A stretch of DNA of 40,236 nucleotides from a virus, in IMG/VR virus record IMGVR_UViG_3300037196_000123, positions 1 through 40,236 of that record; one strand, given 5' to 3'. The notes beneath the pieces are model-generated. The model made no database searches. It was not told where the DNA came from and worked only from the letters and a program-made list of their open reading frames with translations. Shown piece after piece: positions 23,765-33,230 of the stretch. The position numbers and the translations under genes were made by a program. Each line of letters begins with the position of its first letter. The stretch's first letter is position 1.

Positions 23765-24165
23765 GGGTTAACATCCTGTAGGGGTCGTGACCATCCATTC
23801 CATCCCAGACGATCCTTACCCCAACCTAGTTGATGTAGACGTTTTTTGAAAATGGCCTCGGTCTCTTCAGGAATCCGAGCGATGATATCATCTAGCCCGA
23901 TTCCCCATGCTGCTTCTATGATACTCTGTTGTAGATCGGACATCGTCTCCATCTTCTCCGGAGGAGACAACGACGGATCCAACCAGAGGTACGTTTCGGC
24001 AGTCAGTTTAAGCGCACAAGCACTGATGACTTTACCATCAGCATCGAAGACTTTCTTCACAACCCAGAGAGGCCCAGAGATATCGGGAAACTTATAGTCG
24101 GATCCCATGGCCCTGTGTATCTCTGCAATGGCTGGTGTATCCTCGTGTTTGGCATCTCTTACCAT
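23737..24165 (-). CDS. GNAT-like acetyltransferase (short)
   Basis: The N-terminal VRDAKHEDTPAIAEIH and C-terminal FKKRLHQLGW resemble the first and last GNAT elements. I did not recognise a clear Q/RxxGxG/A acetyl-CoA motif. Confidence 0.4.
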   Translation of the reverse strand: MVRDAKHEDTPAIAEIHRAMGSDYKFPDISGPLWVVKKVFDADGKVISACALKLTAETYLWLDPSLSPPEKMETMSDLQQSIIEAAWGIGLDDIIARIPEETEAIFKKRLHQLGWGKDRLGWNGWSRPLQDVNPCESTPESS

Positions 24166-24172
24166 GTCTCCC

Positions 24173-24760
24173 CTACTCGGTGCGTTTCTGTGTGAATCCT
24201 AAACCCTGTCCGGACTTACCCGTATTCGGACCTGTTCCACTTCCGTGACTGGGTTGCAATGTTAACTGAGTAGTTCCAGTCATCGTGAACTTGGTTGGCG
24301 AGGAAGATCCTCCCACAGTGTACTTCTCACTAGGTTGACTACCTGGATACTGAGCAAATCCTCGGACGAAATATCCCAGAGTGTTTCCGTTAGCATCTTG
24401 CGTTGGTAGAGGAAACGGATGAGAAGTGCGGCTACAACCATGGTCAATCGTGATTGTGGTACCTTCAGCAAAAGATGAGGTTGTGGAAACCTCTGTGATG
24501 TGCTGGATTCCACGATCAATCGGTCCAGACAGAGAATGGGAAACATGCATGTACTCTCCACCTACTGATACTCTTATTGAATCAGGAGCCTTTGGAGGAG
24601 CGATCGATCCAACTGCTGAAGAAGCCGTGTTTGTGGCAAGGGTATTGACTCCATCAATGACAGTCTGCAGCAACTGACCAAGGCGAGGATCCTTGTTGAC
24701 TAATTCGGTGAGCAGCCGACCTCCCGATAGTCTACCCGAACCAGTAGTTGCATTTACCAT
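24173..24760 (-). CDS. virion structural protein (195 aa)
   Basis: ORF in the structural block. Beta-rich and Ser/Thr/Gly-rich. Confidence 0.5.
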   Translation of the reverse strand: MVNATTGSGRLSGGRLLTELVNKDPRLGQLLQTVIDGVNTLATNTASSAVGSIAPPKAPDSIRVSVGGEYMHVSHSLSGPIDRGIQHITEVSTTSSFAEGTTITIDHGCSRTSHPFPLPTQDANGNTLGYFVRGFAQYPGSQPSEKYTVGGSSSPTKFTMTGTTQLTLQPSHGSGTGPNTGKSGQGLGFTQKRTE

Positions 24761-24782
24761 TTAACTCCTTTACAATGATACA

Positions 24783-27700
24783 CTACTTGCCGCGCAATGG
24801 CGACCACGGAGCCTGTTGCATCACAATTGTCATTCGTGACAACCTGAACCATCCTCCTAATACTGAAAGCTCCACAAAGAGTCTCTGAGCATATTCATCA
24901 AGTGGACCTTCAATGTCGTTGTTAGGATCAGTGAGATCCAATCCTCCCGGGACGACATAAGGGGAAGGAGCAGTCAAAGTGTTTTGAAAGAAGGACATCT
25001 GAACAATACCGTTGGCCTGATTTTGATTCACTGGACCTGTTTCCGGAGATCCTGTTACGATACCATCGTAGTAAACTGCCTGTTTATTGTGCATTCCGAA
25101 AGTGGGATTCTCTTTTTCCTTTTCCGTGGAGACTGCGCCATAAGTACAGTAGCTCGACTTGAATGGAGTTCCATCATCCAGACCAGTCTGGTAGTCACCC
25201 AGTTCGTAGATTTTGCTTGACTGAATTCCGTTGCAGAACATCAACTCGGAGAAGAGTTCACTCCTCTTGACATGTCCGATGTACGGAGTTGGAATGCTCC
25301 AGGGACTCCACTTCCTGCGCAGATCGTTTGAAACAGTTTTCCCCATCAGCGTCACATGTAGAGGTTCGGAGGAGATAAGCTGCTCGATGGTTCCGATGCC
25401 GTCATAGTTCAGCATCAGGATGACGTTGTTGTAGTTCGGATTCGTGACTGGTGGGAAGTCGGGCATCCATTGATTAGGTGTTGTCATCGGACAAGCAACG
25501 AAGATCTTCCGGTCGACAACATCATTTCTGACAACCAGTCCTTGAGCCGAGGGCCAGTTGATGGCTTGCCAGATATCCGGAATTTCTAGCTGAATTTGTA
25601 CCGGAGCTCCCCCGTTGAACGCAAATAAGCCGTTCTGACCGGCCATGATAGCCCACTCTTCGCCAACGTCATAAGCGTTGATTCCGCAAGCTCCAGCGAC
25701 GTTGGAGACCTCTCGGAACGGGTTCCAGTTTGCTGGTTCCTGACTAGGACTGTCGCTCAAATAACCAAGAGAACTCTCCTTGACAATGTAGAGCTGATCA
25801 TGGATTACAAATGCACCATTTGTTGGTTGAGAATTAACCGTGCTGGTGTCGTTTCCACCTGTCACATCATCGAAGCTCTCCCAGTCATTCAAATAACTGA
25901 AAGTTAGACCCGTTAGATTGACCGGGTTAAGTGTGGGGAAAACTTCAATGCGATCAATTTCAATGTCCCCGTTGTTGGCAAGATTTTGAGCCCACACCCT
26001 GAGCACAAGACTGGAAGGGATGGTCAGCGTGTCGGAGGTAAGCAAAGTGCCGGTATACGTGACCATATTGCTGGCCATCGCGGAAGTGTTAAGTGTAAAG
26101 CTGCCATACGTCTGTCCATATCCGCTACCAGCATTGTAGGTGGTCAAATCTATGACCAAAGCTCCAATAGTGGATGAACCGGGTGTGCGACAAGTGACAC
26201 GCACAGAGTAAGTGGTTGAGTTGTTTAGTATCGCCACCCCGTTCTGATCCTGGAATGCTGATTGCGTGATCATCCCTAGAGTAGTTTGATCCGAACCACT
26301 CAGGTTCTTGATGTAGTAACTGTTACCAAAAACAGGGGACTCAAGCAATGTCGGTAATGAACTGGAGAGGTTGCTTGAGTCAAGCCCCCACCCTAGAGGG
26401 AGAATATTGCTGCCAGGGTTGGGCAGGTAACCACCATCAAAGCTGAGATTGATGAAGTTTCCAATCTTATTGTTGACTCTCCCCCAAACTGAACGACCAG
26501 CATATTGGGTACACCAAGCAGCGTCTCCAAGTTCTTGCAGATTAAACAAGTCATTGCCCTGGATGTCAATCTCTTCCGCTTCTAGAAGCACTGTGTCGGG
26601 AAAAGTGAACTTGGCTGTGGTTGTTACGTTGTCGTTGATAAACAAGGAAGAAGACAGGTAGGTTACCCCAGCCACAGTGAAGCTAACAGGAGTCGGAATA
26701 GTGTAGTAGGAAGCTCCAGGGATTCCGTTCTGACCAGCCTCTGTAAAAGCTATACCGCGAGCGATTACATCTGCTGGCCCAACGGGGATTCCAGAAGCGA
26801 GGATGTAATTGGTGAACTCAATCACGGAAAACTGGAAATAGGGAGAGGGTGCTGTGTAAAATCCGTTCCGTGTGATAAAGAACACCACTCCACGACGAGT
26901 TCCTGTGCCGACAATAATCGAAGTGGAACCAACTAAGGTGATGAAACCTCCACCCGAGTTGCCATATATCGGAGTTCCAGAATTGCTATTAACCAGCAAC
27001 GGACCTGGGTCGATTTGGAACACCGTGCCCGATGTTGTGGCTTGAGCACCCTGAGGCTCCACCACCGGAGTTGCTGCTGTGATGTTAGACGGGGCAATTG
27101 TAACAGTTACAGTTCCTGATCCACCAAGCCAGCTTACCGATGCGATTGAGGCATCCGCTATATTGAACTGTGCTGCTGGATTGAGGCATCCGGTTACCGT
27201 GATCAACTGACCAGCAGCAGGGGGAACGCTGGTAAAACCAGTGTATGACAAGTTGTATGTCGCAACACCGGCTGTGATACTCGTTTCGGAAACAGAGAAA
27301 CTTCCTGAATTGAGGGCATTTACAATCGACCATGTTTCATCCCACCCACCCACATTACCCGACAAGCTAACTTGATCGCCAATTTGAACGCCAGGAAGTG
27401 GGAGTGTTGCTGTAACTGTAGCAACAGTGAGTTGATATTGGCCATTAGTTCCCAAACCGAATCCAGCTTGGGTCGTAGCCGATTGAGTTACGTTGTAGGT
27501 GAAATACCATGCTTGCGTTCCAGCATTTGGCGGGTAACCTTGACCTATATTGGTGATTTGGAAAGTGCCATTTGCAGCAGCTATATCTGTCCCCGATACA
27601 TATACATAAACCGGGAACAACTGTTGCTGGAACAACTGAACGAGGGCTGGGTCTTCCATCGTTAGCGAGTAGTAAACCGTCACTACGCTTCCAGCATCTT

Positions 27701-29849
27701 GGGAACCCGGACCTGCCGATTGAAGCACTACACGAAGACCTGTTTCGGGACCATTTTGAGTTATACCATTCGGTGACGCCGCGATTGGATAAGTGTACTG
27801 ACCTGTTGCTGTACCTGTGGCGGTGCCCGAACCAGTTGCACCGCCATAAGCAACCTCGAACTGACTCGACAACAATCCCGACCCAAGCACGTTATAACCC
27901 GCCGCGCCATTCAAGTATGTGGGACCTGTCAGTATGTTGATGATAACCACTTCGCCCGCAGTGAACGTATTTGCTGCAGTGAGAGTTACAATCCCACCAG
28001 ATGTGGTATAACTGGTTATGGTTGCAATACCTCCTGCTGCGAGAGTCCCAGCGAACGCGGGAGGAGCACCAGGTCCTACCTGGCTGACCCTGTCATGCCA
28101 AGTGCCGTTGTAACCCTGAGGAGGGTAATTTCCTTGCTGCAGGTCGGAAATGGCAATGAACTGACGGCTATCAGCAGTGAACGACGATGCATAGCTATCG
28201 TCAGGAATCCCGCTGAACAGAGGAGTCAGTAGTCCAGGTGCTGAGTTGATATTCTCCACCCAGAAATTGCCATCGGCATCAAGAGCCAGAGTTCTGATGG
28301 TGGAAAAGTTGTCTTCGAACGTGGTAATGTAGTTGAAGTTGACCAAAGATGGCAAAAAGAAGGCTTCAAAAGTTACATATCCAATAGCCAGAACTGCAGC
28401 TCCGCTGCTCACAGCTGTGATCCGCACACCAAAATCGATGCTGTTAAGATCGGCATATGTCCACGTAGTACCAAAAAGATCGTTGATGCCTCCATAAGTG
28501 AACGTGGCAGGAGTTCCACTGAAGCTGGATGTTATTGCTACTCCCACCGGAACTCCTGCTTTTAACATCTGAATAGTGAATGTCGCAGCATCTGTGGCAT
28601 AGTTCAGAACAGTGAGCTTGAGTCCTTGCGGAGTAGATGTGCTGGGGAGAGACAGCCCAAAGTGAGTGATATCCAGAGCATCTGTAGTCAGTACCGATAT
28701 GGAGTAATACACCGTTACAACCAGTGTGTTCACGGACACTACTGTCGTGGCTGTGGATGATGTAAAGAAACTAACTTGCAAGGCTGCAAGAGTGGCTTCA
28801 GACCATGACGAATATCCCCACAGAGATGTGGACCCTCCGGATGTGTATACCGCTGGAGCAGTTGTCAAAGTGAAAAAGGGATCAACATTACCAACATTCA
28901 AACCCACCTGAAATGAAGGAGCAACGCCAGTATAATCGGCATTGAACGAGATTCCTATTCCAGTGATCACCCCAGCCGATGGAATTGTCAATCCGGCAAT
29001 GGCAGCCTGTAGAGTTTGAGCGGATAATTGGCCTGTCCCGATTACGGTTGCATACCAGCTGCTCACCGCTCCACCCACGTTCGCGTACCCGAACGGGCTA
29101 CATCCAGCAGTCGCAACAAGCTGAATCTGCACTGTCGATAGATTCGAAAATCCTCCAATCGAAATAGGGACATTTCCCACATACGAGGAGGTCCATTGCC
29201 CAGCTTGCTCCCAGTATGACCCACCATCGACCGAATAGTTAAGAACAACCGATCCGCCACCCTCAGTGGCAGCAATGGTCACATCGATTGTGACATACAA
29301 GGTGGCTAAAGTGGTAACAATCGATGCAAGACCTGTCAAAGTTGTGTGCGTCGTAGGAGGCGTTGGATTAGACGGGGTGGCAAAATTGTAAACACTGCCA
29401 GAATTTCCGTAGTATTTCTCTGGGCCACCGGGAGCTAGAGACACGCTCGCAAACGCAACAGTTGAGTCAATGTTTGCTGGATTTGACCAGGGTGCTCCAC
29501 CTCCAGTGTTCGATCCAGTCGATGCAGACGATACTTCTGTCCCACTGGTTGCGATTGTAGATGTAGCGTACACTCCAGTATTCAGAAGAGCATTACCTGG
29601 ATTTACCCACTCGATATTGCCCAAGGAGGTATCGACTGCTGATCCTCCAGGTGTAGGTCCGACATAGTTTCCAGAGTATGTAAACGGGTTCTGCAACCCC
29701 TGCCGAGTGAAGGCAGATCCCACGTCGTAGTCCATATTTTGCGTGCGTGGACTTCCACCTTCTGGCAGATTTTGAGGCTGCGCCAGAGTTATAGTACCCC
29801 CAAAGGTCTCGAGGTGAGCGGATTGCCTGCCGAGCAAATTATGTGCCAT
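24783..29849 (-). CDS. giant virion protein (1688 aa), probable tail hub/nozzle-fibre protein
   Basis: Largest ORF in the window. Thr/Ser/Gly/Val-rich beta composition. It sits where podoviruses encode tail tubular/nozzle proteins. Confidence 0.55.
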   Translation of the reverse strand: MAHNLLGRQSAHLETFGGTITLAQPQNLPEGGSPRTQNMDYDVGSAFTRQGLQNPFTYSGNYVGPTPGGSAVDTSLGNIEWVNPGNALLNTGVYATSTIATSGTEVSSASTGSNTGGGAPWSNPANIDSTVAFASVSLAPGGPEKYYGNSGSVYNFATPSNPTPPTTHTTLTGLASIVTTLATLYVTIDVTIAATEGGGSVVLNYSVDGGSYWEQAGQWTSSYVGNVPISIGGFSNLSTVQIQLVATAGCSPFGYANVGGAVSSWYATVIGTGQLSAQTLQAAIAGLTIPSAGVITGIGISFNADYTGVAPSFQVGLNVGNVDPFFTLTTAPAVYTSGGSTSLWGYSSWSEATLAALQVSFFTSSTATTVVSVNTLVVTVYYSISVLTTDALDITHFGLSLPSTSTPQGLKLTVLNYATDAATFTIQMLKAGVPVGVAITSSFSGTPATFTYGGINDLFGTTWTYADLNSIDFGVRITAVSSGAAVLAIGYVTFEAFFLPSLVNFNYITTFEDNFSTIRTLALDADGNFWVENINSAPGLLTPLFSGIPDDSYASSFTADSRQFIAISDLQQGNYPPQGYNGTWHDRVSQVGPGAPPAFAGTLAAGGIATITSYTTSGGIVTLTAANTFTAGEVVIINILTGPTYLNGAAGYNVLGSGLLSSQFEVAYGGATGSGTATGTATGQYTYPIAASPNGITQNGPETGLRVVLQSAGPGSQDAGSVVTVYYSLTMEDPALVQLFQQQLFPVYVYVSGTDIAAANGTFQITNIGQGYPPNAGTQAWYFTYNVTQSATTQAGFGLGTNGQYQLTVATVTATLPLPGVQIGDQVSLSGNVGGWDETWSIVNALNSGSFSVSETSITAGVATYNLSYTGFTSVPPAAGQLITVTGCLNPAAQFNIADASIASVSWLGGSGTVTVTIAPSNITAATPVVEPQGAQATTSGTVFQIDPGPLLVNSNSGTPIYGNSGGGFITLVGSTSIIVGTGTRRGVVFFITRNGFYTAPSPYFQFSVIEFTNYILASGIPVGPADVIARGIAFTEAGQNGIPGASYYTIPTPVSFTVAGVTYLSSSLFINDNVTTTAKFTFPDTVLLEAEEIDIQGNDLFNLQELGDAAWCTQYAGRSVWGRVNNKIGNFINLSFDGGYLPNPGSNILPLGWGLDSSNLSSSLPTLLESPVFGNSYYIKNLSGSDQTTLGMITQSAFQDQNGVAILNNSTTYSVRVTCRTPGSSTIGALVIDLTTYNAGSGYGQTYGSFTLNTSAMASNMVTYTGTLLTSDTLTIPSSLVLRVWAQNLANNGDIEIDRIEVFPTLNPVNLTGLTFSYLNDWESFDDVTGGNDTSTVNSQPTNGAFVIHDQLYIVKESSLGYLSDSPSQEPANWNPFREVSNVAGACGINAYDVGEEWAIMAGQNGLFAFNGGAPVQIQLEIPDIWQAINWPSAQGLVVRNDVVDRKIFVACPMTTPNQWMPDFPPVTNPNYNNVILMLNYDGIGTIEQLISSEPLHVTLMGKTVSNDLRRKWSPWSIPTPYIGHVKRSELFSELMFCNGIQSSKIYELGDYQTGLDDGTPFKSSYCTYGAVSTEKEKENPTFGMHNKQAVYYDGIVTGSPETGPVNQNQANGIVQMSFFQNTLTAPSPYVVPGGLDLTDPNNDIEGPLDEYAQRLFVELSVLGGWFRLSRMTIVMQQAPWSPLRGK

Positions 29850-29888
29850 GCTACCCGATCTCCGAACTCAGTCCGTAGAAGAAATCAT

Positions 29889-29946
29889 GACGCGGCACGA
29901 CTAGACGTGACGCCACCCGACATGACTAGGCGCGACTCAACAAGAC
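29889..29946 (-). promoter_or_regulatory. array B: 12 phased GTCNN pentamers on the sense strand
   Basis: Reads GTCTT GTTGA GTCGC GCCTA GTCAT GTCGG GTGGC GTCAC GTCTA GTCGT GCCGC GTC from 29946 down to 29889. Confidence 0.9.
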
Positions 29947-29950
29947 AAGA

Positions 29951-29986
29951 AGGAGAGCCTGAAGGATCGCTCCGACAGGCTCTCCT
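29951..29986 (-). terminator. intrinsic-terminator-like hairpin after the 127-aa gene
   Basis: AGGAGAGCCUG - 14 nt - CAGGCUCUCCU (11 bp), followed by UCUUGUCUUGUUG. Confidence 0.55.
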
Positions 29987-29988
29987 AA

Positions 29989-30372
29989 TCAGTCCTTGAC
30001 CCAGATTGCCTCGAACTTGATGACGTCCGCCAACACACCAGCCGGCAACGCGCCATTGGGCAGTTCGGCGAAAGGACCATTGGCAGCCGAAGATTCAAGG
30101 ATCTGGATCTTTCCGGACGCAGCGTTCCACTGATAGACATAGCCACTTCCTGCAACAGAAGTGAACACGATGTCATCGGGCTGGACGTTGAGAGTCGGAA
30201 TCAGGACCGCTGCACCAGATGCATCCGAGTACGGAGGAACATTTGGTAGGACCCCGCCTGCAGCATAGGTTCCTGCTCCCCATGCCAACTTGCCCCGCAG
30301 CCACATCCGAGACATGGTCTGGTCGATGCCGTAGGGTGCATTAAAAACGGTTAAAACTGCACTGATAGCCAT
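29989..30372 (-). CDS. small beta-rich virion-associated protein (127 aa)
   Basis: The ATG at 30372 is preceded by GGAG. The track ORF starts further upstream at 30492. Confidence 0.5.
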   Translation of the reverse strand: MAISAVLTVFNAPYGIDQTMSRMWLRGKLAWGAGTYAAGGVLPNVPPYSDASGAAVLIPTLNVQPDDIVFTSVAGSGYVYQWNAASGKIQILESSAANGPFAELPNGALPAGVLADVIKFEAIWVKD

Positions 30373-30445
30373 TATGCTATCTCCTTCTGACGGACAATCT
30401 CGAGCCGTCTCTTTTGTGAATTGCGGATCTTGGTCACTGGTCTCA

Positions 30446-31306
30446 TCAGTAGAGAGTCCTTGAATTCTGGTTACCACCAGCACCCGATCCATAGATCGGC
30501 ATGGTGTATGAAATATGCTGGCGATCCCGCGTTATTTGCTTTCTCAACTTCAGTAGTGCCTTGGCTGCATCCATAACAGCCGTTTGGTACGCCGTGCCTC
30601 CCAAGCGACTTGCGTACATTTGGCTGATCTTGGTTGCAACGCATTCTTGACAATCCATGACCGGAACCATCGTCGTTGACCAATCAACTGTGCTTACGTT
30701 ATCCGGGTCCGCATCTGTGTTGGGAGACGGAAGCAAGTCTTGGTACACTATGAAGTATCTTAGCCTAACATCCATCGGCTGCGTTGCGCCGTTGCACCAC
30801 AGACCATCAGTCCTCCACTCCCACTTACCAAGTGAGTTCGAAGACTGCTGTGTGGGACAGAGAGCTCCGGTAGACTGCTTGACTTCTGAGAAACTCATGC
30901 TGGAATTTCCAGAAGGTCTCTGCCAGAGTGAGATTGGCTGCAAGAGAGTGGAAGGAAGTGGAAAGTTTGGCCACATCATCAATCCGTCGAAGTATCCTCC
31001 GAACTGGAAGGAAACTTGGGCAGCCGGATTGATCACTCCTACTCCTAGAGCAGAGTTTACCGGAGGAACTGAAAACAGAATGTAGTTGTCTCCGATCAAG
31101 GTTGGCTGGCCCATGATTCGGACATCACGCCACATATCTCTGATCGCTGAGTTGAGGAAGTTCTGGAGAGTAACGGATGTGTTAGTCAGGATCTGACCTT
31201 CACCTGGTGTGCCAGTGGCTCCCTTTTTGTCGTCGTTGCACATACTACGTGCCAGGTTCGCAATGACAGCGAGCGAAGGGTAGTTTTGGGAGGGTCCAAC
31301 TGCCAT
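30446..31306 (-). CDS. virion structural protein (286 aa), adaptor/connector-like by position
   Basis: GAGGTGA SD. Call rests on position downstream of the capsid block. Confidence 0.5.
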   Translation of the reverse strand: MAVGPSQNYPSLAVIANLARSMCNDDKKGATGTPGEGQILTNTSVTLQNFLNSAIRDMWRDVRIMGQPTLIGDNYILFSVPPVNSALGVGVINPAAQVSFQFGGYFDGLMMWPNFPLPSTLLQPISLWQRPSGNSSMSFSEVKQSTGALCPTQQSSNSLGKWEWRTDGLWCNGATQPMDVRLRYFIVYQDLLPSPNTDADPDNVSTVDWSTTMVPVMDCQECVATKISQMYASRLGGTAYQTAVMDAAKALLKLRKQITRDRQHISYTMPIYGSGAGGNQNSRTLY

Positions 31307-31418
31307 TACATCACCTCAAAATTGACATCCAGGGGCGTCTCTGTAGCATCCTGAATCGGGGAGACCATCCCGTCTCTAGCAGGCCGAGTAATTCTGCTGA
31401 TCGGCCCCTGGAAGATTG

Positions 31419-32291
31419 TTAAGCCAGAACTTCTTCTGGCTTGACATTTGGAGGACGTCCACCAGGATTCTTGAACCGATCCGGGAAGAGTTTCCTCGCC
31501 TTTGTTTCGTCCAGCACCGCCGAGCAGAACCTGCAAACAGCGGCTGCCGGATTGACCATTTCTGCACAGTTGGGACATTCGATCTTCCCAACATTGTCGA
31601 GCTTGGGAACCAGAGCAAGTCCGTTCCAGGAAGTGGATTGGTTGAAATAGCTGGCAGCCATGTAGCTGATCTTGTTTGCACGCGCCTTGGCCGCGTTCAC
31701 CCCATCTACCCCAGCTTCGATGCGAGACATTTCCTTGAGTTCTTCCCGATAAGTGGTCTCTAGACGAGCCTTGGCCGCCTTGACTTCTTCAAGGAGAGGA
31801 GGATTGTGTGTGGACCAGAAGACGCCAAACTTGTTGAGATTCGCACCGACCATGAATTGGTTTGGATCGTCAAAGTTCTGAACAGCGATAGGATGACTTG
31901 GATGGTCGACAGGTACATCAGGATCAGCCACTCCATTGTTCATCGGATTCAACATCTTGGTGGCCTCGATGTAACCATCCGTGTACTCGCACTTCTTCTT
32001 CCCGTTGACAGTGTCGAAACTGAACTCGGGAAACGGATGCTGCAAGTTTCCCGTCAGGATATAGTCCTTGTCAGCCGGGCATGCCTTGATATAGATGTGC
32101 GGATGATTCGGAGGACGACTCACTCCATCATCCTTGCCCCAGGCCATGGGGCTGACATTGAAGATGTAGATTGCGGTGGATGCTGGGCGGAATCGACGAT
32201 CTCTCTGAGGGATAAACTCGTTGGGAAGAATTTGGTTGTTCATAGCAGCTTGACGCTGCGCAGCGACTTCGGGTACTTCTTCATAAGGCAT
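31419..32291 (-). CDS. virion structural protein (290 aa) with a C-terminal zinc ribbon
   Basis: AGGAG SD. C-terminal CPNCAEMVNPAAAVCRFCSAVL (CxxC-10-CxxC). Confidence 0.5.
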   Translation of the reverse strand: MPYEEVPEVAAQRQAAMNNQILPNEFIPQRDRRFRPASTAIYIFNVSPMAWGKDDGVSRPPNHPHIYIKACPADKDYILTGNLQHPFPEFSFDTVNGKKKCEYTDGYIEATKMLNPMNNGVADPDVPVDHPSHPIAVQNFDDPNQFMVGANLNKFGVFWSTHNPPLLEEVKAAKARLETTYREELKEMSRIEAGVDGVNAAKARANKISYMAASYFNQSTSWNGLALVPKLDNVGKIECPNCAEMVNPAAAVCRFCSAVLDETKARKLFPDRFKNPGGRPPNVKPEEVLA

Positions 32292-32304
32292 GATTGTTGG
32301 TCTC

Positions 32305-33042
32305 CTAGGTTCCCAAACGCTGCTGCGTCTGGAAGAATTTATTTCTCGACATCATGGCAACCAGTGAGGCATTAAATGCTCTCTCCTGAGCTCTCACTTT
32401 GTCTTCCAGCCATGACGTAGAAGATAAAGTTTCCTTGCGCTTTGCGTCTTTCCAGGCATCTTCGTAGACCTTGCAACGATCGTCTTCCGCCTTGGCTTCC
32501 TCATCCTTGAAGAATTTCATCTTAGCTTCAGTCGTGAGGATCATTGAACCTTTGATGATCGGAATCATCATATTGACAATCTCGGTTGACAGTGGGAAGG
32601 CCTCAATAAACATCTGAGGAACTCCCTTGGCATCCTTGATGACTAGCTTGGCCACCAGACTGAGCACCGTCTGATAGGATCCGTGATACGGATACTCACC
32701 CAGGATCTGTAATCCTGTCTTGGGGCAGCGATTCTCTGCATAGAAGGATACATCCGATTGAGACGGAAGATGAGGCATCTCAGCAGACTTACCAGCATCC
32801 ACCCACATCATCAACATCCAGTGAGGGTTGCCATCTCCTTTGAGGACATCACGGTATCCTACATGTGCTTCGCCCATCACTTCCCATTCGCCACCTTGAC
32901 GCATGATCTCAGTCTGGGCCCAAGCAATCTTGAAGTTGGGCTGACCATAGCGATTCAGTCCACCGGCAAGGGTGATTCTGTTCTGGAAATGCTGTGGGCA
33001 GTGTAGACGCTCGGGTTGAGGAAGCTCGGAGGTTATCTGCAT
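32305..33042 (-). CDS. hypothetical structural-module protein (245 aa)
   Basis: GGGAGG SD. Co-oriented and tightly packed. Confidence 0.5.
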   Translation of the reverse strand: MQITSELPQPERLHCPQHFQNRITLAGGLNRYGQPNFKIAWAQTEIMRQGGEWEVMGEAHVGYRDVLKGDGNPHWMLMMWVDAGKSAEMPHLPSQSDVSFYAENRCPKTGLQILGEYPYHGSYQTVLSLVAKLVIKDAKGVPQMFIEAFPLSTEIVNMMIPIIKGSMILTTEAKMKFFKDEEAKAEDDRCKVYEDAWKDAKRKETLSSTSWLEDKVRAQERAFNASLVAMMSRNKFFQTQQRLGT

Positions 33043-33230
33043 TCAGCCTCCCTCTTTCTCCTCAATTTCTGAGATTCCCTCATTTTGGATAGAATTTCAG
33101 GAGAAGGAGAAGGAAATTTTCTGCCAAGGTTTGGACCTTTGCAACCCAGCTTCTTCAAACGAATTCTTTCTTTTGTTTCCTGAGAATGAACGTAACCCTT
33201 ATGAAGAGGGTGCTCTCGGCAATTGTTCAT
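33033..33230 (-). CDS. stand-alone NUMOD3-repeat DNA-binding protein (65 aa)
   Basis: KGYVHSQETKERIRLKKLG and GRKFPSPSPEILSKMRES resemble tandem NUMOD3 motifs (G..HS.ETK.KIS). The ATG at 33230 forms an ATGA overlap with the upstream stop. Confidence 0.5.
   Translation of the reverse strand: MNNCREHPLHKGYVHSQETKERIRLKKLGCKGPNLGRKFPSPSPEILSKMRESQKLRRKREAECR

Noticed and set aside
29889-29946. GTCNN arrays as CcrM (GANTC) methylation clusters, ordinary promoters or coding sequence
   Set aside because: Only one GAGTC occurs per array. The arrays are GC-rich with no -10/-35-like hexamers at sensible spacing. They lie between a terminator hairpin and an RBS, with no ORF spanning them.
31806-32375. 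189-aa plus-strand ORF
   Set aside because: It is antisense to the 290-aa structural gene, with no SD and shadow-frame composition.
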